DNA of 64,000 nt from Acidimicrobiia bacterium. Its GTDB lineage: Bacteria; Actinomycetota; Acidimicrobiia; IMCC26256; JAMXLJ01. Of this stretch, positions 62,021 through 64,000 are shown piece after piece. Each line of letters opens with the position of its first letter. The stretch's first letter is position 1. The DNA lies in the NCBI GenBank assembly GCA_035651955.1, contig DASRES010000038.1:767-64766 (forward strand). Reading direction: 5' to 3'. The notes beneath the pieces were generated by a model. It did no database searches and was not told the DNA's origin. It was given only the letters and a program-made list of their open reading frames with translations. Both the position numbers and the translations under genes were made by a program.

Positions 62021-62197
62021 TCTTCCCCTCAGCTCCCTCGGGCCGGGCCCTCCCGGCCGTCCGGCCAGGGCCCGGCTTCGTCCGCACGGTTCCTCTCAGC
62101 TCCCTCGGGCCGGGCCCTCCCGGCCGTCCGGCCAGGGCCCGGCTTCGTCCGCACGGGTCCTCTCAGCTCCGTCGGGCCGATTGCTCCGGCTCGTCCT
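62021..62197 (-). repeat. Tandem 67-bp repeat (about 2.6 copies) with 35-nt GC hairpins (62042-62076, 62109-62143); same element family as 22749-22873, sense orientation on the minus strand
   Basis: Period 67 (CTCAG at 62028, 62095, 62162). The reverse complement of a unit is GCGGACGAAGCCG-GGCCCT-GGCC-ggac-GGCC-ggg-AGGGCC-CGGC-CCGAGGGAGC. The proximal hairpin ends 28 nt upstream of the tatA GTG. Confidence 0.85.
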
Positions 62198-62244
62198 CCC
62201 GGCGTCCGGGGCACGCGGCGCCGATGCCGCGCCGGCCGGTGATG

Positions 62245-62463
62245 CTACCGCCGGGTCGTGAGATCTCCGTGTGCGCGGGTGCGGTGCGCCGCGTGGGACA
62301 GCTCCTGGCGGAGGGCGCCGATCGCGGGGCTCAGTCGGGTGCGGGTGCGGTGCAACGCCTCGACGGCAGGGACGGCCTCGGCCCGGATGCGGCGCAGCGC
62401 GACGACCGCCGTGACGATCCCGACCGCCGCGAACCCGAGGGGCAGGAGCCAGATCGTCGCCAC
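62245..62463 (-). CDS. Hypothetical small membrane-anchored protein (72 aa)
   Basis: Track ORF 62245..62463: MATIWLLPLGFAAVGIVTAVVALRRI then a helical Arg/Ala-rich tail. High third-position GC. Confidence 0.45.
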   Translation of the reverse strand: MATIWLLPLGFAAVGIVTAVVALRRIRAEAVPAVEALHRTRTRLSPAIGALRQELSHAAHRTRAHGDLTTRR

Positions 62464-62504
62464 GTCCGCAGGCTAGGCGCCCGGCGGCCGTGGGGTCCGG
62501 CGTG

Positions 62505-62846
62505 TCAGCGCGGGAGCGTCTTGCGGACGACCTCGGTCAGCTGGTCGAACCAGTCGTCCGCACGCAGGAGCATGTGGAAGTCGAGGAGGTCGTCCGGCGT
62601 GAGCGCGGGGCCCTCGTGGATCTCGGTGAGCTCGGCCGGGCGGCGCCACACCTGGAGACGCACACCGGAGGATACGAGCAGGTCGACGATCCGGCGGCTC
62701 GCCTCCTTCGCCACGGCACGCTCGCACTCGGGGCAACGGAAGCAGTACGACCCGCTCTCGTCGTCCGAGCACACCCGGACGGTGAGGTCGGACGCCCGCA
62801 GCTGGACGTCTCCGCAGCTCGGGCAGTTGGCTCGAATCGTCGTCAC
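62505..62846 (-). CDS. Hypothetical zinc-ribbon protein (113 aa)
   Basis: Track ORF 62505..63335 trimmed to GTG 62846, preceded by GGACAGGAGTAAGGGG. Two Cys pairs: CPSCGDVQL…CFRCPEC. Confidence 0.65.
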   Translation of the reverse strand: MTTIRANCPSCGDVQLRASDLTVRVCSDDESGSYCFRCPECERAVAKEASRRIVDLLVSSGVRLQVWRRPAELTEIHEGPALTPDDLLDFHMLLRADDWFDQLTEVVRKTLPR

Positions 62847-62989
62847 CGCAGTTCCCCTTACTCCTGTCCGCTGAGTCCAGATCGGCAGGGCTTCCGGGGG
62901 TCTTAAGCATTCGGGGAACGTCTCACGCAGCGTGGCGCCCGGGGGTCGGGCGGGTCGCGGGAGCGCGCGGTGTGCGACCATGCGCCGCC

Positions 62990-63682
62990 ATGACGATCGG
63001 CTTCGCGCACCGGGGCGCGCGCGCCTACGAGCGCGAGAACACGATCGACGCCTTCCGCGTCGCGCTCGAGCAGGGCGCGACCGGTCTGGAGTCCGACGCA
63101 TGGCTGGCGGCCGACGGCGAGGTCGTGCTCGTCCACGACGACGTCGTGCGCGCCGGGCTGCGACGGCTGCACGTCGGGCGCACGTCTTCCGACGAGCTCG
63201 CCGCGCACCGCGTGCCGCGACTCCGTGACCTGTACGAGACGCTCGGCACGGGCTTCGAGCTCTCGCTCGACGTGAAGGAGCACCGCGCCGCGCTGCCGAT
63301 CGTCGACGTCGCGCGAGCCGCGGGCGACGGCGCACCCGCCCGCCTCTGGCTGTGCTCCGGCAACGCGGCGCTGCTCGAGGAGCTGCGCCATGCGGACGAC
63401 GACGTCCGCCTCGTCCACTCGACGCGCCGCAAGCGCATCGCCGTGCCCGTCGAGCGCCACGCCGCGGAGCTGAAGCGGTTGCGCGTCGACGCGATCAACC
63501 TGCACTACACCGAGTGGACCAAGGGTCTCGTCGCGCTCTTCCACCGCTTCGGCGTGCGTGCCTTCGCGTGGGACACGCAGGAGACGCGCCAGCTCCGCGC
63601 CGTGCTCGAGATGGGGATCGACGCGGTCTACTGCGACCGCCCGGATCGGATGATGGCCGCGATCATCCAGTGGTCGTCGTGA
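62990..63682 (+). CDS. Glycerophosphodiester phosphodiesterase family protein
   Basis: Track ORF 62972..63682 trimmed to ATG 62990. Sequence: IGFAHRGARAYERENTIDAFRVALEQGATGLESDAWLAADGEVVLVHD (the HRG…E.D…H GDPD signature). Confidence 0.8.
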   Translation: MTIGFAHRGARAYERENTIDAFRVALEQGATGLESDAWLAADGEVVLVHDDVVRAGLRRLHVGRTSSDELAAHRVPRLRDLYETLGTGFELSLDVKEHRAALPIVDVARAAGDGAPARLWLCSGNAALLEELRHADDDVRLVHSTRRKRIAVPVERHAAELKRLRVDAINLHYTEWTKGLVALFHRFGVRAFAWDTQETRQLRAVLEMGIDAVYCDRPDRMMAAIIQWSS

Positions 63683-63770
63683 CGCGCCGATCCGTAACCC
63701 AACGAGCGGCGGCGAGCGGAGCAGCCCGGAGGGTGCGCAGCGAGCTCGCAGGAGCGGCGAGCTTGCTTGG

Positions 63771-63792
63771 CGCTCTGACTCGGTCAGGCGCC
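63771..63792. terminator. Small hairpin GCGC(t)CTGAC-tcg-GTCAGGCGC between convergent genes
   Basis: Read directly, between the GDPD stop (63682) and the lepB stop (63806). The stem has a one-nt bulge. Confidence 0.3.
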
Positions 63793-63805
63793 GAGCGCGA
63801 CCAGA

Positions 63806-64000
63806 TCACAAGAACCCGAGGCGGCTCAGCGGCCAGATGCGGACGAACACGCGCCCGACGATCAGCTTGCGCGAGATCGGGCCGAACACGGTCGAGTCCT
63901 TCGAGGACGGGCGGTTGTCGCCCAGCACGTAGTACGAGTGCGCGGGGACGTTCACCGGGCCGAAGGTCTTCGACTCGGTACCCGCGGGCAGGTACGGCTC
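63806..64000 (-). CDS. lepB: Signal peptidase I, C-terminal 64 codons only (gene continues right of the window)
   Basis: My translation of the minus strand from nt 64000: EPYLPAGTESKTFGPVNVPAHSYYVLGDNRPSSKDSTVFGPISRKLIVGRVFVRIWPLSRLGFL-stop. GDNRxxSxDS plus VGR…WP are the S26 boxes D and E. Confidence 0.75.
   Translation of the reverse strand, partial: EPYLPAGTESKTFGPVNVPAHSYYVLGDNRPSSKDSTVFGPISRKLIVGRVFVRIWPLSRLGFL

Noticed and set aside
63700-63770. Third, degenerate copy of the 91-bp dispersed repeat (shared GCGGCGAGCG and GCAGCGAGC strings).
   Set aside because: Similarity is limited to two short GC-rich strings that could arise by chance at this base composition. The central perfect hairpin is missing.

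Overview
This is a very GC-rich, gene-dense chromosomal segment. The synteny is typical of a high-GC Gram-positive (Actinomycetota-like) genome: gcvH-garA-MerR-nuclease-MerR next to gcvT/gcvPA/gcvPB; helY-tatC-tatA; lnt; DUF4193; F420/LLM-type enzymes; and TANNNT -10 boxes placed for leaderless starts. I can support about 60 protein-coding genes. I see no rRNA, tRNA, CRISPR array, transposase, integrase or prophage genes. Many long ORFs in the track are Arg/Pro/Ala-rich shadow frames of real genes and were discarded. Starts were re-picked inside several track ORFs and checked for frame against the track. Layout: 1-9.1 kb holds a partial GH2 glycosidase, TetR, an orphan solute-binding lipoprotein, a PhyH dioxygenase, an amidohydrolase, an LLM oxidoreductase and a phosphotransferase. 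9.1-11.7 kb holds a divergent GT2/GT39 glycosylation pair. 12.1-16.5 kb holds a giant CtpI-like P-type ATPase with a decayed second ATPase module at its N-terminus. 17-28.7 kb is a partner-switching regulatory island: two very large PAS/GAF PP2C phosphatases (one fused to an RsbW-like kinase domain), two STAS antagonists, MarR and two ABC-2 exporters. 28.7-37.5 kb holds GGT, a MoxR-VWA-XdhC cassette, an SDR, a CDP-alcohol phosphatidyltransferase and a fused nucleotidyltransferase/phosphomannomutase. 38.2-47.3 kb is an expanded glycine-cleavage/GarA cluster. 47.3-51 kb is a kinase plus two response regulators (HDOD and degenerate HD-GYP). 51-64 kb holds NUDIX, GNAT, lnt, DUF4193, a tandem-domain ThyX-like gene, helY, tatC, tatA, GDPD and a partial lepB. 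The most unusual signals are non-coding. First, a family of tandem GC hairpin elements at two loci (22.75 kb and 62.1 kb) has conserved flanks and fully compensatory stem substitutions, always in the sense orientation of the flanking genes. Second, a 91-bp dispersed repeat occurs at 37.5 kb and 55.1 kb. Third, a 660-bp gene-free, hairpin-dense intergenic region lies at 54.9-55.6 kb. All functional calls rest on motif recognition by eye; no database search was possible.
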